From contig OZ281496.1 in assembly GCA_965637545.1 (NCBI GenBank), positions 28,830,001-28,894,000 on the forward strand: a DNA stretch of 64,000 nucleotides, read 5' to 3'. A model generated the notes under the pieces. The model was given only the letters and a program-made list of their open reading frames with translations. It had not been told where the DNA came from and made no database searches. The DNA is from Phallusia mammillata (lineage: Eukaryota). Numbering within the stretch: position 1 is the stretch's first letter; each line of letters opens with the position of its first letter. The position numbers and the translations under genes are program-made. This document shows, piece after piece, positions 34,801 through 46,800 of this stretch.

Positions 34801-37800
34801 ATGGAGCTGCATTCCCTTTCATGATGACTGGTAATCTTTCAAAGGTTTAGCTAATGTTTGGAGTTGCAAAATGACCCCAAGTAACCTATTTGACCTATGG
34901 TCAGCAACCGACCATAGGTTATCACAGCGTCATTTGTTGACTCTAACAGTTAACAAGTTTATAGAGCTATTCTAACAGTTAACGTTTGTGTAGCCTTTCA
35001 CGTGTTTAAAATTTTGGCGTTTTTTAAGCCTTATAAACAGAGTTGCCATCGACGTGAACCCCAAAATAAGGACAACCGAAAAAAAAAAGTTTTTATACTG
35101 AACAAAACAAAGGTTTTTGTTCAATTATACTCATTTATATGAGCTATGATAACATTTTCTATAACATGGCCCTTTAAAATAAGGACAAATCATAGAAATA
35201 AGATCGGTATGGGCATCCCTGATTATAAGGCATTACCTAATTGCAAGCTGATCATTAATAAACTGTTGTTTAGACTTAATGCGAAAGGCTTGCTTTTGAT
35301 ACTGCATTTCACATTTAGAATGTTTGCCTTTTTACACTTACAACAAAGTTATGTTAGCATTGAACCGTCCAAACAGACATCAAAATTTTTGCGTGTGCAG
35401 TTTTCGGGCAGATGATCGACACTTTCATCAACTATAGCGTTTGCACTCAAGAAACGAACGGAACATGTACAGAGGCAGAAATCAATGCAACTTATGAGGC
35501 GCAGGGAATCGATCCGGCCAACCTATCTGACGCTGAGAGACTTGAGTAAGACTCGAACCCTTTTTCGTGTCTCAGTCTAAGTTTGTTTAAAAAAATCCGG
35601 CTTAGTTATAAATTCTTGTTTAATTTTTTTTAAATAGAATTCTCCTAATTTCCTAATTGTTCTGTATTCCTAATCCATGGAACGGTTTTAACCACTTATA
35701 CTGTATGGGAATATTCGTTGCAGGTTAAGATCCCGTTAGCTTTTTTTTACTTTAGAAAAAAAAAACAATTATCGTTGCTTGTTAAATAAAAAACCTTACA
35801 AATTTACAAAGTTACAAATTGCATTGGCATGATCAAATTTGTCAGGAGTGCTTAGCTTTTAAGGTTTTATTAATGTGAACATAAATTCTACAGGATGATA
35901 CAAATTTTTCTGATTGTTTACTCGTTTAGTAACCAATCCCATTGGATTCGAGCCTTCCTAGCACTAAACATTTGATCCAAAGAAAAAATATTACAGGCGC
36001 ATTGAAAATCATAGTTAACCAATTGGATTTGTTTGCAGACCGATTGATGTTGAAGGTGAACTTGAAGTTTTCAGCTACTACTACGTGTTTATTGCTTGCG
36101 TCGTGATAATATGTGGATACTTGCAGGTAAAAAGCAAATATTTACCACCAACATACAGTTCCTATAGTTTGTAAGCATACCAGATATCTGCAATGTTATA
36201 TGTGTTTTAATCTGGACTAGTTTAAACGCTTGTCTTAAACACGTCTTATATATCAATCAGATGCAACCTGTGGCTTAAATGCGTTCAAGAATTAGTCTTT
36301 TGAGTCGTAGATTGAGTTTTATTCTAGTTAAATTTAACACTTACGTCAATCAACTTAAATACAATCTATGGCAATAATAAACCTGATAATTGTCTAATGG
36401 AGTCGTAAATTTTGCAACAATTAACCTGGAACATATCAACATAGGCTCCTGAAATATTTTACTGACTAGCTGCATTGATTAATATTTTTTACAACCCGCC
36501 CTTAGGTTGGAAACTGAGCTCTCGCCTCAACGAGACAGACTGTGCCAGAGTAAAACTCAAATATCATTGGGTTTTGGGTTATAACCCCATGAAAATAATG
36601 ACTTACCAAATAATTTGAGAGGTTTTAAAATTATTTATTGACTTGTTGCGATTTGTTGATTATAATATTTTTACAAACTCGCATTTTTAGGTTGGAAACT
36701 GGGTGCTTGCCTCAACGAGACAGACTCGTAAAATTCGGGAGCTTTTCTTTCGTTCGATTATGAAGCAAGAAATCGGTTGGTTTGACGTTCACCACATGGG
36801 AGAGTTAAACACGAGAATGAACGAGTACGTAAAACCTGTTTAAACTTTCGGATGTGCTTAAGTCAATCCCAAAAACAAAAAGTCGTTGGTTCGAATCTCG
36901 TAAGAATTAATAACTTACCAAATACTTTAGGACGTTTTTGCAGGTTTAAATCTTGTAGACGCGGTCGATTCAAACCTTTTTAGACGCGGTCGATTTTATC
37001 AATAGATAACGAAGGTAAATACAAAACGAAAGGCCAAACGACCAGAAACGCTGCAGTGCTTTTATAATTTAAAGAGGTTTCCCGTGAAAAATAAAACACA
37101 CTCGTAATAACGTTTTAAATCATATATAAAGTTGAACTCAGCTATGAACATCAAATGATTTGAGACTTTGTTTAGGGTTCCAAAAAATCTTAAACTGGTG
37201 GATTATATTAAACAATCAGTTACATTTAACCATGACAAACTAGTGTTTTGCATTTTTATCCCTTTAAAGATTGTGATATTTTTTTTTTTCAGTGACGTGA
37301 ACAAGATCAGTGACGCAATAGCGGACAAGTTCAGTGTATTCATTCAGCGAATTACAACTTTTGTTGGTGGAATTGTTGTCGGTTTTATTAACGGTTGGCA
37401 ACTGACCTTAGTGATTATGGCCATCAGTCCATTGCTCGGAATTGGTGCTGCTCTCATGGGACGGGTATGTGTAGTTGTTTTTATTTGCGTTTTTTGCGTT
37501 TTAGCTGATTTGTTTTTTAAAGGCATTGGTTTCTATAAATTTGTTGAACTGCTGTATATTTTGTTTTATTTTGCAATGCTTTGTTTTGTTGCAAACTGTG
37601 CTTTACTTAACTAAACGTATTTCAACACGTAGAGTTAAGAATTGAATAGGTTTTGTTTATCTCAGTCACTTGCTTGAATTTTCATTTTTTACATTCTTTG
37701 AACCTGACATATCATGTTTTTTATAGTTTGTTGCGAACATGACGAGTAAGGAACTAAAAGCTTACGCAGCGGCTGGTGGAGTTGCTGAAGAGGTTCTGTC

Positions 37801-40800
37801 GTCAATTAGAACTGTTGCGGCGTTTGGAGGGGAACACCGAGAAGTAGAAAGGTAAAGTCAAAATGAAACAACCAAACTGACTGCAGAAAACAACAATGCA
37901 TCAGCTTGTTTCTCCCTCAGTTCGACTTAACGTTCTCCCACCATTTTATACATAATATATTCTAAGTATTGGTTGTTGTATGAGACCAGTATTATGAGCT
38001 TATGTTTGTCTCATGTCAAGGTAATCGTTTTTCTGCACAATAACTTCAGGTCCAACGAACAGTCTCTAATAGTTGAATAAGCAATGTGGTGATGCTATTT
38101 AAGCACTTAAAAGAAATGTTTGGACATACTATCAAGGGGTTTGGGTAAAAACAAAACGACAAACATTGGTATTTTATGTGTCCAATTACGTTGTCCACTT
38201 TAATCTCCAGTTTAGCACCGCTACTTCAGTTTTGACAGAACAGTCACACACACAGCATATCTACAATAGATCTTACCAAAGTTCACTGTACTTAAAAAAC
38301 GGAACTGCATTTTTAGATATGGGGTGAAACTGGAAGCAGCTGAGAAGCAAGGAATCAAGAAAGGAATGACGCAGGGATTTTTTACCGGCTACATGTGGTG
38401 CTTGATCTTCCTCAGCTATGCGCTTGCATTCTGGTACGGCTCCTCACTGGTGCACGACCCCAATATTGACTTCTCTCCTGGACGTCTGATGACTGTAAGT
38501 TCCCCCAAAAAGATTTTTTTGTTTTTTCCACCTAAAACCGTAACATCTTGACGTCTTGCTGAGCACTATTCTGCGGCTACTCCTTACACAAATATTGTAT
38601 ACAGGTGTTCTTTGCGGTATTGGTTGGTGCCATCAACCTTGGTCAGGCCGCCCCGAATCTGGAAGCTTTCTCAGTGGGAAGAAGCGCCGCCGCACTCGTG
38701 TTTCAGATAATAGAACGGGTCAGTTCATCTTATTCCTGTGCTCATATATTTTTTGTCAATGTTTGTAAAAATGCGTTGTGAAAAAACATATATTTTGGGA
38801 CGAAAACTAAACTAATTTTGGATAACAATAGATTTTAACTGCATTACAACGGATTTAAATTGTGTTTTATATAATCGTACAACATAATTTCGTATTATTT
38901 ATTTGTTTTTGAAATTTGTTTCGTTAGGAATCAAAAATTGATCCCTTCTCTACGTCAGGTCACGTGCTTGAACACGTGGTTGGAGACATCGAGTTCCATG
39001 ACGTCGGTTTCTCGTACCCGAGTCGAGACGACCAACAGGTCAGAACCTTATGATGTTTTGTTTAGTTTCCATTGCTAGTAAATGAAACTAAAGAGAAAGT
39101 TTATGTGTTAATTTTTTGATAGGAAATCATGTATTAGTGCTGTGGTTTCGTTTGCTTCAGTTAAAATACTTTCTTACACTTTTTGTAAATACTAGACGGT
39201 TTTACAGAGATTTTGTAATATGCAATTTTAAGAATTTAACTAAAGATTGCTGTTTTCTAATTGAAAAAAGTATATTTCGACTTAAGCAGAAACGTTAGTA
39301 ACTACAAACGGAAACTCAGTTTTTAGATGCACGTTCCTAGATTAGAGAAATATTTCCTAACTTACATCTAGTGCTCACTGTTTTTTTTCAAACTGGATTC
39401 AAACTTCTTTTAGTAGCTCATAGTACGCCAGGTCTATTAAAGGCGTGTACCGAATTCTTTTAGTAGATTTACATGTAGAACCATATTGGATCAAAGCAAA
39501 TTCAAACTTTATACTATATCAACCTTTGCACACAGCAGTAACATCTTGTTCCCCTTTCAGATCTTAGAAGACCTGAGAATAACTTTTAAAGCTGGTGAAA
39601 CAACAGCAGTGGTTGGACCAAGTGGAATGGGAAAGAGTACTATTTTGCAGTTAGCCCAGAGGTTCTATGACCCCGACAAGGGCGTGGTATGTACAAAGTT
39701 GTGTTACTCTAATCACTAACACGTTTTATGGCTTATCTAAACATGTGTTTTGCGATTGATAGTAAAAAGATTAATATGACCCCTGATACTGACACTGGGG
39801 TCTTCTTTCAAAAAGTTTGCAAGAGTTGTTTCTTTGATATCTCGCGGTATGTGTAATTTAGCACTAAACATGTGTTTAATATGTTGGTTGTAGGTCCAAA
39901 GGGTAACCTCGTTTTGGTATATGATAGATGTGGTTGTTGTGTTAGAGATATCACTATGTTTGGACTAGTCGTTTTGCCAATACTGGCTCTATAAGACGAA
40001 TATTTCAATAACCTTGATTTAGAAATATAGTTAACATAGGCAAACTTGTAAAATTTATCGTATTTTTTAAGTATTATGTTCAAACACAGTAACAATCCAT
40101 TCACTATATGCTAGTTACTCTCGTTATTGTTAGGTATTCTCGTTATTTGTTGTTATTTCATTACAACTTATTTTCCTTGTTTTTGTATGTGGTTTTTGCA
40201 ATAATTTTGCATCGCTTTTATCCTAAACATCACGCTTGCAAAACCGCCAACATGGGTTTAAGAATCGAGATACAAAGTAGTATTCTTGGTTGCACTTTAA
40301 CTTACCTTGATTGTTTACAACGACTTTCAATGGGACTTTTCAACAGAGACGATAAACCGATAGATTAGTTTTTTTTCATTTATTCTGTACACACTAATTT
40401 TTCACGTTTCCCTTTAAGCTTTATAGATTGCAATATTATTCTTGGTTACTCTTCAACTCTCCTTGATGGTAAAACAACATATCGTTAAGGTGACCTTGGA
40501 CGGACATGACTTGCGAACGTTGAACACGCAATGGCTTAGGCAGCTGATTGGGGTCGTGCAGCAGGAACCCAGTTTGTTCGCGACCAGTATTGAGGAGAAT
40601 ATTAAATTCGGACGGGATGGCGTGTCTGATGCCGATGTGATCCAAGCAGCAAAGGCAGCAAACGCTTACAACTTTATCATGGATCTTCCTGATGTAAGCT
40701 ATAAGTGTGTTTTACTTGTATTTTTAATATGCTGTCACTGCAGGGTTGTAAAGTAATGTTGATTTGAAATGCGGTCAGACCTACAAAATTCACTCTTAGC

Positions 40801-43800
40801 GGTCTTACCAAAAATCTTATTGCTTACCGTATTTTAGGAACCGCTGCTTTTATCTAATTTAAGGCCAGGCTACGTAGCAACGCCTTCCTAGTAGTTTTGC
40901 TTTATCCCCCCCCAATGCACTCTTCAGGACTAATGCTGCAATTCCCCGTAATGCACCCAATTTTTTGGGGACATGTTTTGTGACTGTTATTGTGCACCTA
41001 TGTTGAAAAAAATACCGTCAAGAACACACAAAGGATTTTTTTTGAAAAATTACTTTGTTGCTTGGCAGAAATTCAAGACGGACGTTGGCACGGGTGGAGG
41101 TCATCTCAGTGGAGGACAGAAGCAGAGGATTGCTATAGCGAGAGCTTTACTCAGAAACCCAAAGATATTGTTGCTTGATCAAGCTTGCTCGGCGCTCGAT
41201 ATGACAAGTGAAGCAATGGTGCTGCATGAATTGGATAAGGTGAGACAACTTATTAACGGTTTTTGAATGTTGTTTAACAATCGTATAATAGATTTTTTTT
41301 GAGAAGTATAGCTGCATGGTAAGTTAGTTTTTATGAGTGCAGTGAAAATAGCTATACTGCAAGGTGTGAATCGATGCCTGGCTGGTTGAGGCAACACGCA
41401 TAGCGCTTAACCCTTGGTCGTTTTCTTATTTCGCTAACTTTTGTGGTTCAAAACGGCTAATGTTTTTTTTTAAAAAACTCTATTTGTCGTGCTCAACAAA
41501 AACACTGGGATCATAATGCAGCACATATCGAATTTGTGCTCGTGACCTTCACCGTTTTCGCGTCCTATAGCACTAAAGTTAGACTTTATGCTACGGGCTT
41601 TACCACTGAGGAAAATACACTCAACTCAACCTAAAAAACCTACTCAACTCAACTAAACACTAAAACACTTACCCTAACACAACTTAAGACTTAACTTAAA
41701 AAAACGTACTTAACAGTGAACTTACTTAAAAAACTAACTATGATATGCAGGTCAGACGGGGTCGTACCACCGTCATCGTCGCCCACAGACTGTCAACCAT
41801 CCGTGACGCTGACGTCATAGTGGGAATCGAACACGGGAAGGCGGTAGAGCGCGGAACCCACGATGAGTTGATGAAGAATAACGGGGTTTATTTCACACTG
41901 GTCACCCTGCAGGTAATAAAGTGAAGTAGAACCTGTAAAATATTACTTGTTTGTTAAATTCTATTGCAGACAACTATTAAATCATGCGTAACTATTTATA
42001 ATTCTCATGATAAATTTATTGTGAAATTATTTTTTAACCTATTTGTTTATTAATTATCTCAATAAACAAACTTACAGAACATGCTGAAATTATTCGAGTA
42101 TATGTGTCTTTAAAATGTAACGCAGATTCATGATCTTGTAAAATATAATAACTTTGTTTTTGTGTTTTTTTTTGCACCAGACCACTAAAGCGAAGAAAAA
42201 AGGAGGAGAGGAAGGTGGTTCATCCGATGAGGGAAGCGACAGTGAAAATCGAGATGAGAAAGGTTGTGATTATTCTACTAATTTTTTTTAATGTAGTGTA
42301 GGCAAAACTCGTAATGTTGTTTCTTGTTTTCTTAGGCGAATTCCTTGAAAACGGACCAGAAGTCGCTCTTGAACACGTCACAGATTTTGCTCACAGCCAT
42401 CGGAGGAGCTTAAGGTATTTATACCTTATATAAAGCATTGATCTTGCAGAAGGCGTTTCGTAAACATATGACGCTTGGCATTAATTTTGAAACTCTTGGG
42501 GCGTAAAAAATTTCGGCTATTATGAATAACCGGTTTAAATTCGAGTTCACTACTTAAGTTATAAATGAAATGCAAGTTTTCTTCTGGAAAACCGGTACAA
42601 TATGTTGGTTAAATAGAGTCAAATGCAATAAGCATGAACGACAGTATTAACATTTAGAGATATAGTGCGAATAACAATTACTTCTTTTAGACGGAGTTTA
42701 AGGAAACGGGCCACCTCACAGATTTCAGGAACGGACATGACTCCAATGGGAATAACGACTCCCAATCCACCCAAGAAGTTCAAACGAAAAAAATCCGACA
42801 GCGATTCCGACTCGAGCGACAGTGATGTAAGTTTTCCGATGCTATAGTAGCTATGGTAAAGTTAGTTACATTTTGATGGGACCTGGTATATACTTTAGTT
42901 GGTCAAAAAAGCTGAAATGATTTACCAAGTGTTGCTGCTTAGCCCAAAAACAAGATATATGACAAATAGTAGGTTTGTTCTAAACTACCCAAAATTGTTG
43001 TAAACACAAACCAACAAATCCATGCTGAATTAACCAAAGAATTTTACAAAAAATATAAAACGATTAAGAGAACTTTTACATATTTACTAACGCATATCGA
43101 CCATCTACAAACATCCGGCAACTTTATATTTGATCAAGCAAATCGGTACTGAGATCCCATGTACTTAGGATTCAAGCAGTGATGAGGAAGAAGAAGAGGA
43201 AATCGAACCTGCTGCTCTCAGTCGAATCATGAAGCTCAACGCCACCGAGTGGCCGTATATCTTGGGAGGAACCATAGGATCGGCAGTCAACGGAGCGATT
43301 CAACCAGTCTTCGCAATTCTCTTCTCTGGGTTACTTGGGGTAGGTTTTCTGCTCTGCCAAGTTAAAGTTTGTTTTTAAAGAAAGATGTCTGACGTCATTA
43401 GCTTTGTCAATTTAAATCTGAAGGTCAAAAACGAATGTCTGACTTCACACCTTATAGTCTTTGTCAAGTTTAAATTTGACGTCACTTAGGGATGTTTTGA
43501 CGTCATGGTCTCTACCTAGTTTAAACCTACGTCATGGAGAAATCTGACGTCATAGTGTATGTTTACGTCATCTTGAGCATACCAATAACAGTTCATTTAG
43601 TGATAGGTGCATTGTGTGTGTAAGTTATTTAGTAGATGGGAAAGCTATAATAAAGGTATTTATTATTGTAAATGTATATCTCAGGTCTTCTCTCTTCCCA
43701 CCATAGAGGAGCAACAGAAGGGAGTCAACTTTTACGCTCTTCTATTCGTCGGAATTGCCATCATTTCGTTTTTCACCTATTTCCTACAGGCAAGCAAAAC

Positions 43801-46800
43801 AAACTTCGATTTTACTTAAACGTTGGCAAACTTGTGGTAATTAACTGACAGCTGATTACTTGTCCAGTGTGTTAACCACATTAAATTTGATCAAATTTGG
43901 TAAGGAAATGCTCTTATCACTTTGTAGGTTTAACTTTGTGTATGACTTGACATAAAAAACTTGAAAAATGTGACAATTATTCCTTTGTTGAATCCTGTAC
44001 TAAGGCCTTTTTCTGACTTAATGCTTTCAAGGAACTGTCTAACGTTGCAAATACATACATATAAACGAGTATTGATATCCTAGCAGTTTTATTATAAACA
44101 ACCGACGTTTTCGATACAAGACGCCTTAATCAAGATAACGGCATAACGCAATGTTATTATACAACAACAAAAGCATCGGTAACACACAAAAACTACGATT
44201 ACAAGCTTGTGAGGCTACAAAGTTACATCAACAGAGTGATAAAACTTCGACTAATAAACGAAAATTTTCTGCAGAACTACATGTTTGCCAAGTCCGGTGA
44301 GATTCTGACTCGTCGTGTGAGGAAGATGGGATTTGAAGCGATGTTGAGACAGGACATTGGTTGGTATGACGACCATAGGAACAATCCCGGTGCTCTGTCT
44401 GCTCGATTGGCTACTGATGCTGCGATGGTTAAAGGGGTAAGAGTCGTGTGAAAAATTTTTCTGGGTTTTCTGGGTTGTATAAAAGGCTTGGAAACTGAAA
44501 CGAAGTATCTCAGACGGATGTAGTTCCATGTCTATACTGTCTTAATTATTGCTTTGTTTAGTTTTAATAAATAAAGAACACTTTTATTGAATGACTATTT
44601 TTACTCCGATTGCCATAAATCTAGATCATCCTTTGGACACTACTTACAAACTTATAGGTAGTTCAAATAAAAATACAAACGCTTAAATGGTTATTTTCTT
44701 TTGAGTTCATTAAAGTCAAACATTTTTACTTTAGGCAACTGGTGGACAAATCGGGATCATCGTTTCAGCAATGGCCAGTATTGGAAGCGCTCTTATTATC
44801 GCCTTCTACTTCGGTTGGATGTTAGCGTTTGTGGTGGTCGCGTTCCTCCCACTTATTGTGATGTCAGGATTGATCCAAGCTCGTTTAATGACTGGGAGCG
44901 CCAGAAGAGATAAGGAATCACTAGAGGAAGCTTCAAAGGTACAATTTTTGTTTCTGTTGTTGTTTAATAATAGTATAAGAACGTTTTGTTGTTTCTGAAC
45001 AATAAAGTCCATGTTCGACGAGAGTCTAAGTTTACACAGACCCTTATGTGCAAAGTGTATGGATAGAAAAAATTGTTTTTTTTCTGAGCAAGTTATTGCA
45101 ACACAAAAGTATATGTGCAGCGAAAATCGAATCGGTTTGCCACTTTAAATTGTTTTTTAAAAATATTGCTAGTGTTTTCTTTCCGAGTATTAGGACTTTT
45201 ACCTTGCTTAACTCTACAAAAGTTGGAATAATGCAATAAATACCCAATATTTGGATTCTTGAACCACAAATGCGACAATTGTTGTGTACTATCCTTGTGT
45301 TATATAGTTATTGCATACAGAACAAAATGGGCAAATTATTAGAACGCTATCACCCTTCGATTAACTATAATAACAGGAGAACGCATTTGTGTAACCCAAA
45401 CAGCAGATTACAATGTGTTATTTTTATCCTTTTTCTTTAGGTTGTATCAGAGGCAATCGAAAGTATTCGGACCGTTGCGTCGCTGAACAAGGAGTTGTAT
45501 TTCACTGAACAATATAACACTGTTCTGGAAGGACCTTACAAGTAAGCTTAGGCCTGGTTAAAAAGTGATTAAAATTTAATTTTTTCTACGGTTGTTGAAA
45601 GGATCTGCAGAGGATTTAAAGTAAAACGCATGCTGAAGAAGCATGGTTATTATTTTCTGAAATGCATATTGTATTGTCGTTGTAATCAATAACACTTTCA
45701 TGATGGATCATCATACGTTTCTTATGCAGCGTATACTGTATTGCAGTGGTTCCTAACCTTTCTCGACGAGTTGCTCACTTAACAATTTAAAACATTTTTA
45801 TTCCTTTCTAATATACTACATAGTAGACCGTACGAAGACTATTTAAACTTGGGTCTTTTATCAACTTCACAGGTTATATTCCCACAGCTAAAGTATCTAT
45901 TTACAAACCACATGTAAAAATTAAAGTAAATTCCTCCCTGGTTGGGAACCACTGCTGTATTGTGTCCTGCCATACAACGAATCACTCACGAACTAGCACT
46001 GTTACTTTTGTTGCTTTAAATGTGCTTATTAAGTCATATGTGTTAAGGGAGGGAAAATACAACGCCATGGTGTATGGAATTACATTCGGGATAGCAAACT
46101 CCATCATATTTTTCGCATACGCTGCCTCCTTCCGATTTGGTGGGTATCTGGTCGCTATAGGAGAGATGGAATTTCAATACGTCTTCCGGTAAGAAAGAAA
46201 CTTTTTTAAATGACCTCTATAGGACGTCGAAACGTCGTAATAAAAAAATACATTTGCCAGAGGAGCTCTACATAAACTTTATACTGTGCCTGGCAGCAAT
46301 AGCTTATTTAAACTTTTCAAACGTTTATAGAACCAAAGCTTTGCACAGTTTTGAGTTAACAAACAATATTGAAATTGTTTTAAGATAAATAAGGTAAAGT
46401 TATATGCATGGTCCATATTGTTCATCACTACTAACGATTTAACGGCAATGACAATCCCGTTGAGAGTTGTAAGTCGGGTTTGGGTCTGAGTTTAATTAAA
46501 ATAGGTTTTATTCAGGCCTGACTTAACACTAGACCTCAATTGTCACACAATTTCACCTACTTCCGGGCCTAATTTGAGCTTGTCTTTTAAATCGGGTTTC
46601 GCTCAGGTTTTAGACTTGTACTTTCGGGTTCATGTTCCAATTTTAAACCAGTTTAAGTCTGATACCGTTGCTACAGTTGATCTCAATCTATTTGTCGATT
46701 TAAAAACATGTGTATTTGCTGAGAGGGATAAGTTAAAACAATACAACCGTCGTGTAAATCTAACTTTTTTATGTTTTTCGCAGAGTGTTTTCTGCCATAG

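Noticed and set aside
41360-41415. tRNA-like fragments here and at ~36880, ~49805 and ~56500-56560
   Set aside because: Only isolated A- or B-box-like motifs with no cloverleaf; at most decayed SINE heads, not tRNA genes.
41620-41740. ACTCAACTCAA/ACTTAA low-complexity tract as telomeric or Helitron sequence
   Set aside because: Too degenerate; no termini or TTAGGG periodicity could be defined.
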